Positions 55,560 to 64,000 of a stretch of DNA of 64,000 nucleotides are shown piece by piece. Both the position numbers and the translations under genes were made by a program. The notes beneath the pieces were generated by a model that saw nothing but the letters and a program-made list of their open reading frames with translations, was not told where the DNA came from and made no database searches. The DNA is from Syntrophales bacterium (GTDB lineage: Bacteria; Desulfobacterota; Syntrophia; Syntrophales; PHBD01), in assembly GCA_963668175.1 (NCBI GenBank), contig OY764159.1, positions 3,104,001 through 3,168,000 on the forward strand, in the 5' to 3' direction. Each line of letters opens with the position of its first letter. Position 1 is the first letter of the stretch.

Positions 55560-56972
55560 CTATTTTCGTGCAGGCGTATCGGGGATTTTGGCGCCCAGCG
55601 ACTTGACCAGTCGCTGAAAGTTCTCGTCGGCATACAGAATCCTGCCGGCGGCATCCCCCAGGCGGTCGATCTGGTCCTCCGACAATCTCAGGGACGTGGG
55701 AATCTTGTGGAAATATTCCCGTTCGTCCTTGTCCGGCAGGGCTTCGAAGGTCACGTGGATGATGTAGAATTCGATGGGGACGATGCCCTTGGTCTTGTCA
55801 AGGTAGGTCCAGTCCCGGGCATAGCGGTGCAGCAGCTCGATCGTCTCGAAGTTATATTTATTGACCATGATCGTCGACGAGGCATCGAGAATCATCGCGA
55901 GCCCCGGTATCTCCTTCAGAAGCCGCCAGCTGGACGTTTCCTGCGTCTGGGCGTCGACGATGAGGAACACCACCTTCTCTGTTTTGTCGAATCCAGTCTC
56001 CTTGAGAAGATCGCGCGCATCGCCCCGGATCATCATGGCTTCCAGCGGACCCCGAACGCCCAGATTGTCCGACACCCCGCCGTCCACAAGGTAGATATAC
56101 GGTTTCGTCTGGGGATTCATGTATGTGTTGAGGCGTACCGCGTTGTAGTAAACGCGGCTTGCCATGTCGGGTTTTTCCAGGGCCTTCCGCATCCACTCGG
56201 GATGTTCGGCGCTGCGGCATTGTCCCGCATAATTCTTGAGGGCGATGGGCGAAAAAGCCCCGGGAAAAGCGGCGGAAGCGGCTACGGCACGGGCAACGGG
56301 AAATTGATCGTAGTCGGAACACAGAAGCGAAAACAACCCGGGTGAGAAGCTGAAGATAAAACCGTCCGCCACGTCCGTGGCCATGATCAGCACGGCCGGG
56401 CCGTCCCCCCGGGCCAGGTCGCCAAGAGTGGCGCCGTGGAACAGGTTAGCGTCGTAGTATTCCGCCGCCAGGTCGCTGCGGCCGTAAAAGGGCGACCCGA
56501 TCGCAAACCAGTTGATGGGATTGAACAGACGCCAGAGCAGCGCCGACTGATAGTCCTGCGTCAGGAAATTCTCCCGGTAGTCTTTGAAGATGCTTTTACC
56601 GTGCAGGCCGTAATAGGCCGCCGTAAAACTGCCGCCCGAGACGCTGGAGATGAGATCGACTTCGTCGAGGAGCGTATGTCGTCCTCTGTTGGCGTCCGTT
56701 TGGAGCGGGTCCGGCGGCATCTCGATCCGTTCCAGGGCCTCCAATACGCCGTAGGAAAGGGCCGCGGCCCTGCTGCCTCCGCCGGAAAACGTCAGAAAGA
56801 AGAGGAGCGACGGGGACCGGTCGCGGGCGATGATCTTCGCAAGAACGGGGTCCGCTGGACCGCGCTGCGGCGGAGCGGAGGTCTTGGGGTTGAGGGGAAA
56901 TTGGGCGGTGCATCCCGCAAGAAGAAGGATGCCGATAAAGACGGAAAGAAGTACCGATGCCTTGCAAGGCAT
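55560..56972 (-). CDS. Patatin-like phospholipase family lipoprotein
   Basis: LAG-C lipobox, FSGGGSRAAA, SSVSGGS, ASAAFP, VDGGVSDN. Confidence 0.9.
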   Translation of the reverse strand: MPCKASVLLSVFIGILLLAGCTAQFPLNPKTSAPPQRGPADPVLAKIIARDRSPSLLFFLTFSGGGSRAAALSYGVLEALERIEMPPDPLQTDANRGRHTLLDEVDLISSVSGGSFTAAYYGLHGKSIFKDYRENFLTQDYQSALLWRLFNPINWFAIGSPFYGRSDLAAEYYDANLFHGATLGDLARGDGPAVLIMATDVADGFIFSFSPGLFSLLCSDYDQFPVARAVAASAAFPGAFSPIALKNYAGQCRSAEHPEWMRKALEKPDMASRVYYNAVRLNTYMNPQTKPYIYLVDGGVSDNLGVRGPLEAMMIRGDARDLLKETGFDKTEKVVFLIVDAQTQETSSWRLLKEIPGLAMILDASSTIMVNKYNFETIELLHRYARDWTYLDKTKGIVPIEFYIIHVTFEALPDKDEREYFHKIPTSLRLSEDQIDRLGDAAGRILYADENFQRLVKSLGAKIPDTPARK

Positions 56973-57278
56973 TGCACCGTTCTTGTGTCGGCGGGGCTGC
57001 GTCTGTCTTCGGAACATACCGCCACTCCTTGACGGTCCGCTTGAAGGGCATCGGCCCGGACGAGTATGCACAGCGTTGCATCCTCCCGCATCTTGCCATC
57101 ACCGGCACTCAGGCGGGCACGGCTGAGCATTCACGCCGGTGCGGGCGGCAGGTCATTCCGGTATTGTCGACACGGACCTGTTCCGGACGGCCCCCGCCCT
57201 TTTCGCTTCGCAAGGAATTCACAGCGTCGAACGGATGGCAGACAAACCGAATCAATGGGGCTCCCCGTTCGGCGCCGT

Positions 57279-57548
57279 TCACTGTCTCTTGAGACCAGAG
57301 AGAAAAGTCTCCATCATGTGATAGCCCTGGTCGATCTTTTCCTTGAACTCGTTACGGTTTCGCTTGCTGGTCTCCACCCATTCGTAGATAGTCTTCTTTT
57401 CACCCTCCTGAACCAGCTGGTTCCGCTCAAGCCAAGCGGCCATAACCTTCTCCGTCTCCTCCTGCATCAAGGCCATGACCGTGTAAGTCCTTTCAAAGAC
57501 CATCTTGTTGAAATCGATCATTATCTTCATGACATGGATCGGATCCAC
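57279..57548 (-). CDS. Small phasin-like helical protein
   Basis: MIDFNKMVFERTY...QEETEK pattern; GTG after RBS AAGGAG. Confidence 0.65.
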   Translation of the reverse strand: MDPIHVMKIMIDFNKMVFERTYTVMALMQEETEKVMAAWLERNQLVQEGEKKTIYEWVETSKRNRNEFKEKIDQGYHMMETFLSGLKRQ

Positions 57549-57625
57549 GGCATCTAGCTCCTTTCCTGTGTTTCTATGGTTTGTTCTTCCGCTACCGATT
57601 ACAGGGCTTCCGGAACGGCATGGAC

Positions 57626-59032
57626 TCACACCCCGCCGCCCAGAACCTTGTAAAGCGTCACGCGGTTCGTTATCCGAACCAATTGCAGAGAGATCAGCGC
57701 CTGCTGCGCGCTGTACAGCGACCTCTGGGCGTCCAGAACGGAGAGGTAGCTGTCGATCCCTTTGACGTATCGAGCCGTCGAAAGGCGGTATGTCACCGCG
57801 ACGGCGTCGACCAGCGACTGTTGCGCCGCTATCTGATTATCCACGGTCCCCTGCATGGCGAGCGCGTCCGCCACTTCCCTGAACGCCGTCTGGATCGCTT
57901 TCTCGTATTGGGCGATCACAAGATCCTTCTGCACCTTGCTCAAATCGTATGCCGCCCAGACACGGGCGTCGAAAATCGGCATCACGATCTGCGGCGCAAA
58001 GCTCCACGTATCCTGACCGGCCTTGAAGAGGTTCGAAAGATCGGAACTGGCCGTGCCGATATACGTCGTGAGCGAAATACGGGGAAAGAAGGCCGCCCGT
58101 GCAGCGCCGATATTGGCGTTGGCCTCTTTGAGCCGGTGCTCCGCCGCCATCATGTCGGGTCGTCGCAGAAGTTGATCGGACGAAAGTCCCGCTGCAACCT
58201 CTTTCGGCGGCGTCACGGATGCCAGCGTCTCGGGCAGAATGTCCGAAGGCACAGTCGAGCCGACGAGCAGGTTCAGGGCGTTTTCGTCCTGGGCGACCAA
58301 CCGCACATTCTTCGCGACATCGACGCGCGCCGCATCGACCTGGCTTTGCGATCTCTTGAGGTCCAGATCGGACGTGAGGCCCACATCGTAACGCTTCTTG
58401 ATCAGCTTATAGGAGGCCTCTTGCGTTTCCAGCGTCGAGGACGAAAGCTTGAGACTCTCCCGGTCCGCCGCCAGCGTGAGATAAGCGTTGGCCACTGCGG
58501 ACACGAGCACAAGCTGCGCGCTGCGGCGTTCCTCATCCGTGGCGAGATATTCTTCCAGGGCGGCATCCTTCAGGCTCCGCAGCCTCCCGAAAAAATCGAT
58601 CTCCCAGGAACTGACGCCCAGGCTGACGCTGTACTGGGACGAAGTGCCGGCGACGCCGGTGTAGGATAGGTCGGCGGGGACACGGGTCCTGTTGGCATTT
58701 CCAGCCGCATCGATCGCGGGGAACAGTTCCGCCCTCTGGATGCCGTACAGCGCCCGGGCCTTTTCGACATTGAGGACCGCAAGCCGCAAATCGCGGTTGT
58801 TTTCCAGGGCCAAGGCGACGACTTTCTGCAGGCGTCCGTCGGGAAAGACGTCCCGCCATACGAGATCCGCCGGAGCCGGGGCACCTGCCTGCGGCTTCGC
58901 CTCCCCATAAGCCTTTCCCGTCGGCCACGCCGCAGGAACGGGAGACGCGGGCCTCTCGAATTTCGGGGCCATGGTGCAACCGGCGACAAGTACGGCGATT
59001 ACGGCCAGAATCAGTATTGATTTTCGGGTCAT
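57626..59032 (-). CDS. RND efflux outer membrane factor lipoprotein (OprM/NodT family)
   Basis: VAG-C lipobox, ALENNRDLR, WEIDFFGR, RRPD, GAARAAFFPRISLT, LYKVLGGG. Start is ATG 59032 or GTG 59041. Confidence 0.95.
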   Translation of the reverse strand: MTRKSILILAVIAVLVAGCTMAPKFERPASPVPAAWPTGKAYGEAKPQAGAPAPADLVWRDVFPDGRLQKVVALALENNRDLRLAVLNVEKARALYGIQRAELFPAIDAAGNANRTRVPADLSYTGVAGTSSQYSVSLGVSSWEIDFFGRLRSLKDAALEEYLATDEERRSAQLVLVSAVANAYLTLAADRESLKLSSSTLETQEASYKLIKKRYDVGLTSDLDLKRSQSQVDAARVDVAKNVRLVAQDENALNLLVGSTVPSDILPETLASVTPPKEVAAGLSSDQLLRRPDMMAAEHRLKEANANIGAARAAFFPRISLTTYIGTASSDLSNLFKAGQDTWSFAPQIVMPIFDARVWAAYDLSKVQKDLVIAQYEKAIQTAFREVADALAMQGTVDNQIAAQQSLVDAVAVTYRLSTARYVKGIDSYLSVLDAQRSLYSAQQALISLQLVRITNRVTLYKVLGGGV

Positions 59033-59033
59033 A

Positions 59034-62000
59034 TTATTCACCCCCGGGAGTATTCATAAGGGCGGCCTCGGCCGCTTCTTTTCGCTTACGGCGCCGCTCC
59101 GAAAGCGTTTCGATCATCACGTAGAAGAGCGGCGCGAAGATGACGACCAGGACGGTGGCGGTAATCATCCCGCCCAGGACGCCCGTGCCGATGGCATTCT
59201 GGGCCCCTGCCCCGGCGCCCGTCGTGATGGCCAGAGGCAGAACGCCGAAACCGAAGGCAAGGGACGTCATGACGATCGGACGAAACCTCAGTTTCGCCCC
59301 TTCCAGCGTCGCATCGATCAGGCTCATACCGCTTTTGACGCCTTCCTTCGCGAACTGGACGATCAGAATCGCGTTCTTGGTTGTGAGGCCCAGGGTGGTC
59401 AGAAGACCGATCTGGAAGTAGACGTCGTTGGTCAGCCCTCTCAGACTGGAGGCAATGACGCCGCCGATCACCCCGAGGGGGAGAGCCATGAGGATCGATA
59501 TCGGAATGGGCCAGCTTTCATAAAGCGCCGCCAGACAGAGAAAGATCACGAAAATGGAAAATGCGTAAAGAAGAGGCGCCTGGGAGCTCGCCATCCGCTC
59601 CTGGTAGGAAACACCCTGCCAGTCGAAGCCGATGCCCTGCGGCAGCTTTCTCACGAAGTTTTCCATCTCCTGCATGGCCTCGCCGGAGCTTCGCCCGTGG
59701 ACAGCCTCACCCACGATATTGAGGGAGGGAAAGCCGTTGAAGCGCTCAAGTTTCGGGGAACCGGACGACCAGCGACCGGTGGCGAAAGACGAGAACTGGA
59801 CCATCTTGCCCGCGTTGTTGCGAACGTGCAGCTTTTCCAAATCGGTGGGCAGCATGCGGTAGGGGGCATCCGCCTGTGCGTAGACCCGCTTCACACGTCC
59901 TCCCTGGATGAAGTCGTTGACGTAGGCACTGCCGAACATCGCCGCGATCGTGTTATGGATCGAACTGATCGGCACGCCGAGGGCGCCCGCCTTCTCCCAA
60001 TCCACTTCGATTCGGTATTCGGGAACGTCTTCCAGTCCGTTGGGCCGGACCTTCGTCAGGATCGGGTCCTTGAAGGCCATACCGAGAAGCATGTTGCGCG
60101 CCGCCATCAGTTTCTCGTGTCCCAGTCCGCCGCGGTCCAGGAGCTGGAAATCGAATCCCTTGGACTGCCCCAGTTCCGGAACCGCCGGGGGAGCGAACGC
60201 AAAGACCATCGCATTTCTGATCTGGGAAAATTCCCGCATGGCTCTCATGGCCACTGCGGTCACTTTCATATCCGACCGGGGCCGCAGATTCCAATCTCTG
60301 AGTTTAACGAATGCGAGGCCCGCATTCTGTCCGCGGCCGGACCAGTTGACGCCCGAGACGGTGAAAACAGACTCGACGGCACCTTTTTCTTTTTCGAGGA
60401 AATAATTTCTGACCCGCTCCATGACCTTATCGGTCTGCTCCAGGGTGGAGTTTCCGGGCAGAAGGGCCTGTACCAGCATGGTTCCCTGGTCTTCGTCCGG
60501 GAGATAGGCCGTGGGCATCCGCATGAAGAGCACGCCCATGAGCGCCACAATCACCAGGAACACGATGAGATACCTTTTCTTCCGGGTGAGCGAATGCCCG
60601 ACTAATTTCACGTAGAGTTCCCTCGTCCGGAAAAATTTACGGTCGAACCAGCGGAAGAACGGCCGCATAAAAGAGATCGCACTGTCCGCCGGCTCGTGAC
60701 CCGCAGGCACCGGCTTGAGCAGGGACGCACAGAGGACCGGCGTCAGGATCAACGCCACAAAGACGGAAAGCATCATGGAGGAAATGATCGTAATCGAAAA
60801 CTGGCGGTAGATGACGCCGGTGGAGCCGGGGAAGAAGGCCATGGGGCCGAATACCGCCGAGAGCACCAGACCGATGCCGATCAGGGCGCTCGTGATCTGG
60901 TCCATGGACTTGCGGGTCGCTTCCCTGGGCGAGAGGCCCTCCTCGGCCATGATGCGCTCCACGTTTTCCACGACGACGATGGCATCGTCCACGAGGAGTC
61001 CGATTGCCAGGACCATGGCGAACATGGTCAGCATGTTGATGGAGAAACCGAAGAAACCGAGAACGGCAAACGTACCCAGGAGCACGACCGGCACGGCGAT
61101 TGTCGGAATGAGGGTCGCGCGCATGTTGCCCATAAAAAGGTACATGACGATGAAGACGAGGAAAATGGCTTCGAAGAGGGTCTTCACGACCTCGCTGATC
61201 GCCACGCGAATGAACGGCGTGGTATCATAAGGGTAGATGACCTTCATTCCAGGCGGAAAGAAATGGCTCATCTCGGCCATTTTCGCCCGGACGTTCTCGG
61301 CCGTCTGCAAGGCGTTGGCCCCGGCGGCCTGCCGGATCGCCAGGCCCGCAGCCGGTTTCCCGTTGAAATATCCCTGGATGTCGTAGGCTTCGGTACCCAG
61401 TTCCGTCCGTCCCACGTCCTTGACACGGATGATGGAGCCGTCCGGGTTCGTGCGGATGGGGATATTGGCAAACTCTTCCGGCGTCTTGAGCATGCTCTGC
61501 ACGATGATCGCGGCATTCAGGCGCTGTCCCTTGACCGCCGGCGTCCCACCGAACTGTCCGGCCGACACCTCCACGTTGTATTTCTGGACGGCGGCGATGA
61601 CATCCGCGATCGTCAGCTGGTAATCCGTGAGTTTGTCGGGATTCAGCCAGAGCCGCATGGAATACTGGCTGCCGAAGATTTCCACTTCGCCCACGCCGGG
61701 TACACGGGACAGGATTTTCTCGAGGCTGGACTGGGCATAATCGCGCAGATCGTTGCCGTCCATGGACCCGTCTTCAGAGATCAAGCCGATGACCATCAAA
61801 TAGTTGCGCGTGCTCTTGCTCACCTTGACGCCCTGCTGTTGCACTACCTGCGGCAGGCTCGCCATGGCGAGTTGGAGTTTGTTCTGGACCTGGGTCCAGG
61901 CCATGTCCGGATCGGTCCCGGCGACAAAGGTCAGCTCGATGCGTGCCGAGCCGGAAGAATCGCTCGTCGCGGAGAGATAAAGCATCTTGTCGAAGCCCGT

Positions 62001-62210
62001 CATCTTCTGCTCGATGATCTGGGTGACGCTGTTTTCGACCGTCTCCGCCGAAGCGCCCGGATAATAGGCGGTGATCGCGATGGAAGGCGGAGCGATCGGA
62101 GGATATTGCGATATAGGCAAATTGTAAATGGAAAGCGCCCCCAACGCCATCATGATGATGGCGATGACCCAGGCAAATACGGGACGCTCCAGAAAGAATC
62201 TCGATAGCAT
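59034..62210 (-). CDS. acrB: RND (HAE1) multidrug efflux permease, AcrB/MexB-like
   Basis: FFLERPVFAWVIAI, GLLVDDAIVVVENVER, KNAILIV, RFRPIVMTS. Confidence 0.96.
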   Translation of the reverse strand: MLSRFFLERPVFAWVIAIIMMALGALSIYNLPISQYPPIAPPSIAITAYYPGASAETVENSVTQIIEQKMTGFDKMLYLSATSDSSGSARIELTFVAGTDPDMAWTQVQNKLQLAMASLPQVVQQQGVKVSKSTRNYLMVIGLISEDGSMDGNDLRDYAQSSLEKILSRVPGVGEVEIFGSQYSMRLWLNPDKLTDYQLTIADVIAAVQKYNVEVSAGQFGGTPAVKGQRLNAAIIVQSMLKTPEEFANIPIRTNPDGSIIRVKDVGRTELGTEAYDIQGYFNGKPAAGLAIRQAAGANALQTAENVRAKMAEMSHFFPPGMKVIYPYDTTPFIRVAISEVVKTLFEAIFLVFIVMYLFMGNMRATLIPTIAVPVVLLGTFAVLGFFGFSINMLTMFAMVLAIGLLVDDAIVVVENVERIMAEEGLSPREATRKSMDQITSALIGIGLVLSAVFGPMAFFPGSTGVIYRQFSITIISSMMLSVFVALILTPVLCASLLKPVPAGHEPADSAISFMRPFFRWFDRKFFRTRELYVKLVGHSLTRKKRYLIVFLVIVALMGVLFMRMPTAYLPDEDQGTMLVQALLPGNSTLEQTDKVMERVRNYFLEKEKGAVESVFTVSGVNWSGRGQNAGLAFVKLRDWNLRPRSDMKVTAVAMRAMREFSQIRNAMVFAFAPPAVPELGQSKGFDFQLLDRGGLGHEKLMAARNMLLGMAFKDPILTKVRPNGLEDVPEYRIEVDWEKAGALGVPISSIHNTIAAMFGSAYVNDFIQGGRVKRVYAQADAPYRMLPTDLEKLHVRNNAGKMVQFSSFATGRWSSGSPKLERFNGFPSLNIVGEAVHGRSSGEAMQEMENFVRKLPQGIGFDWQGVSYQERMASSQAPLLYAFSIFVIFLCLAALYESWPIPISILMALPLGVIGGVIASSLRGLTNDVYFQIGLLTTLGLTTKNAILIVQFAKEGVKSGMSLIDATLEGAKLRFRPIVMTSLAFGFGVLPLAITTGAGAGAQNAIGTGVLGGMITATVLVVIFAPLFYVMIETLSERRRKRKEAAEAALMNTPGGE

Positions 62211-62223
62211 TGATTACCCTCCG

Positions 62224-63510
62224 TCAATTCGCTTTGGCGGCGGGTGTGCCTGCCGCAGGAGCCGCCGTAGTCGCCGCGGCCTTGGCGGGCAACTCTTTCG
62301 GTGCATTCGGTGTCGTCGATGCGGTCGCCGGAGGCGCCGCCTGGGAGGGAGCATCCTTACCGCCCGCCGGTTCAACAAAAGGAACGGCCTTGACGGGAAC
62401 ACCCGGCCTCACCTTCTGCAGCCCTTCGACAATCACTTTGTCGCCGGCCGCCAGTCCTGCCGTAACGAGCCATTTGTCAGCAACGGCGCGTTCAAGGGTG
62501 AGCATCTTGATTGCGACTTTGTTTTCAGCGTCCACGACCAAACAGAGCGGATTGCCCTTTGTATCACGCGACACGGCCTGCTGGGGGACCAGAATGGCCT
62601 TGTCGTTGATCCCTTCCTCCACCACGGCGCGTACGAACATGCCCGGAAGGAGGACTTTCTTCGAGTTGGGAATGATGACCCGGAGCGTAACCGCCCCGGT
62701 CGTCTGATCGACCGTAATATCGCGGAATTGCAGTTCCCCTTCGAGGGGATAACGGGTATTGTCTTCCAGGTACAGGGTGACCTTGTTTTTCGCGCCTCCG
62801 CTTCGCTTAAGGCGTCCGTCCGCCAGGCGTCGCTGGAGACGCAGCATCTCCGTCGTGGACTGCGGAACATCAACGTACATGGGGTCAATCTGCTGGATCG
62901 AAGCCAGGGCCGTCGGTTGGGAGGCCGTCACCAGGGCGCCTTCGGTAACAGAGGACCGGCCGATGCGTCCCGAGATTGGGGCCGTAACCTTCGTGTATCT
63001 CATATTGATCTGTGCCGTATCGACGGATGCCTTCCAGTACTGGATGTCGGCCTCATTCTGCTTCAGGGCCGCGGCGGCATCGTCGTAGTCCTGCTGGCTG
63101 ACCGCCTTGTCTACGAGAAGGTCCTTGATACGTTCGGCTTTCAACCGGATGGCCGACAGGTTGGCCTCGGACTTGCTCAACGCGGCCTTTGCATTGTCCA
63201 GTGCTGCCTGGAACGGTGCCGGATCGATCTGGAAGAGCACCTGGCCCTCCTTCACGTCGGAACCCTCCGTAAACAGGCGTCTTTGAATGATGCCGCCTAC
63301 CTGGGGACGGATCTCCGCTACGAGTTTGGGGCTCGTCCGGCCGACCAATTCCGTTGTAATCACGATCTGTTCCGGCTTCACCGTCACCACGGAGACTTCC
63401 GGCGGTCCTGCTTGAGGCGCAGCGCCTTGCCTGCCGCAGCCGGCGAAGATCAAGATCGTGGCCAAAACGCCTGCGCAGACCATGAGTTCGAATTTTTTAC
63501 CGATTTTCAT
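62224..63510 (-). CDS. acrA: RND efflux periplasmic adaptor, AcrA/MexA-like
   Basis: FAG-C lipobox, AEIRPQVGGII, LFQIDP, APISGRIG, LLPGMFV. Confidence 0.95.
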   Translation of the reverse strand: MKIGKKFELMVCAGVLATILIFAGCGRQGAAPQAGPPEVSVVTVKPEQIVITTELVGRTSPKLVAEIRPQVGGIIQRRLFTEGSDVKEGQVLFQIDPAPFQAALDNAKAALSKSEANLSAIRLKAERIKDLLVDKAVSQQDYDDAAAALKQNEADIQYWKASVDTAQINMRYTKVTAPISGRIGRSSVTEGALVTASQPTALASIQQIDPMYVDVPQSTTEMLRLQRRLADGRLKRSGGAKNKVTLYLEDNTRYPLEGELQFRDITVDQTTGAVTLRVIIPNSKKVLLPGMFVRAVVEEGINDKAILVPQQAVSRDTKGNPLCLVVDAENKVAIKMLTLERAVADKWLVTAGLAAGDKVIVEGLQKVRPGVPVKAVPFVEPAGGKDAPSQAAPPATASTTPNAPKELPAKAAATTAAPAAGTPAAKAN

Positions 63511-63560
63511 GCAACACCTCTGGAGTTTGATATCGTCTTAAAACCGCTCCGCCCCGTACG

Positions 63561-63576
63561 GAGTGAACGGTCATTC
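63561..63576. promoter_or_regulatory. Imperfect palindrome, candidate TetR operator for the efflux operon
   Basis: GAGTGAACGGTCATTC (12 of 16 positions self-complementary) between the tetR stop and the acrA start. Confidence 0.6.
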
Positions 63577-63608
63577 TGTTTATTCTAATAGGATTTCGCT
63601 GGCTTCCC

Positions 63609-64000
63609 CTACCTCTTGATGCCGTCCCAGCAGGCCTCGATGGTCTTTGCGATCGTATCGTCGTCAAGTCGGATCAGGGCCAGGATGTGGTCCCGGGCCA
63701 AGGAAACGAGAGGCATGATGGTCAACGCCGCCATGGCATAATGTGGAAGGTCTTTCAAAATCTGTTGATCGACGCCCTGCTCAAATATTTCCCTGAAAAC
63801 ATCCCGCTGCCTGTTCTTTTCCATCAGCTTGTCCCGCCGGCAGTCAACGCCGTATGGAGATTGGAAATACTGCTCAATGAACCGGAAATGAAGGGGGTTG
63901 TCGAGAAAATACCGGAGAAGCCTTTCGCACAAAAAGATGAAACGCTCCCTCATGGGTTTGTTGTCCATGTACCCTTCCGTGATAGCCGCAGTGATCTTGT
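63609..64000 (-). CDS. TetR family regulator, C-terminal part (5'-truncated by the window edge)
   Basis: Frame is open to the window end (KITAAITEGYMDNK...); FRFIEQYFQSPYG...ACWDGIKR tail; sits upstream of an RND operon. Confidence 0.8.
   Translation of the reverse strand, partial: KITAAITEGYMDNKPMRERFIFLCERLLRYFLDNPLHFRFIEQYFQSPYGVDCRRDKLMEKNRQRDVFREIFEQGVDQQILKDLPHYAMAALTIMPLVSLARDHILALIRLDDDTIAKTIEACWDGIKR

Noticed and set aside
57626..64000. RND efflux operon as a novel system
   Set aside because: Canonical TetR-AcrA-AcrB-OprM arrangement with intact motifs.

Overview
GC-rich chromosomal window, by inference from an anaerobic Desulfobacterota/Syntrophales-like bacterium (gene content, signal-peptide style, selenocysteine use). 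Left to right: a partial radical SAM gene; a corrinoid uptake/salvage locus (btuF divergent from btuC-btuD-btuB-cbiZ-tonB) with two cobalamin riboswitches, the second overlapping the btuD coding end; dinB and an SRAP gene separated by an AT-rich lone adenylate-cyclase-domain gene; a Tat-exported flavoprotein plus tetraheme cytochrome; an AmmeMemoRadiSam cluster whose components all appear extracytoplasmic, followed by a membrane SAM-binding protein; assorted metabolic and regulatory genes including hisC and a UGA-containing DsbA/FrnE-like selenoprotein missed by the ORF track; an AT-rich 1368-aa DUF4365-nuclease/TPR/PIN gene (candidate single-gene anti-phage system) next to an LRR gene; lipoprotein pairs, an outer-membrane barrel, a class II cytochrome c and an ankyrin protein; an AT-rich kinase/receiver/membrane-protein trio; marR plus a QueG/RdhA-like gene sharing an operator; a patatin; and a TetR-AcrA-AcrB-OprM efflux operon. 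No rRNA, tRNA, CRISPR array, integrase or transposase was recognised. Family assignments come from reading motifs by eye; no database searches were run.
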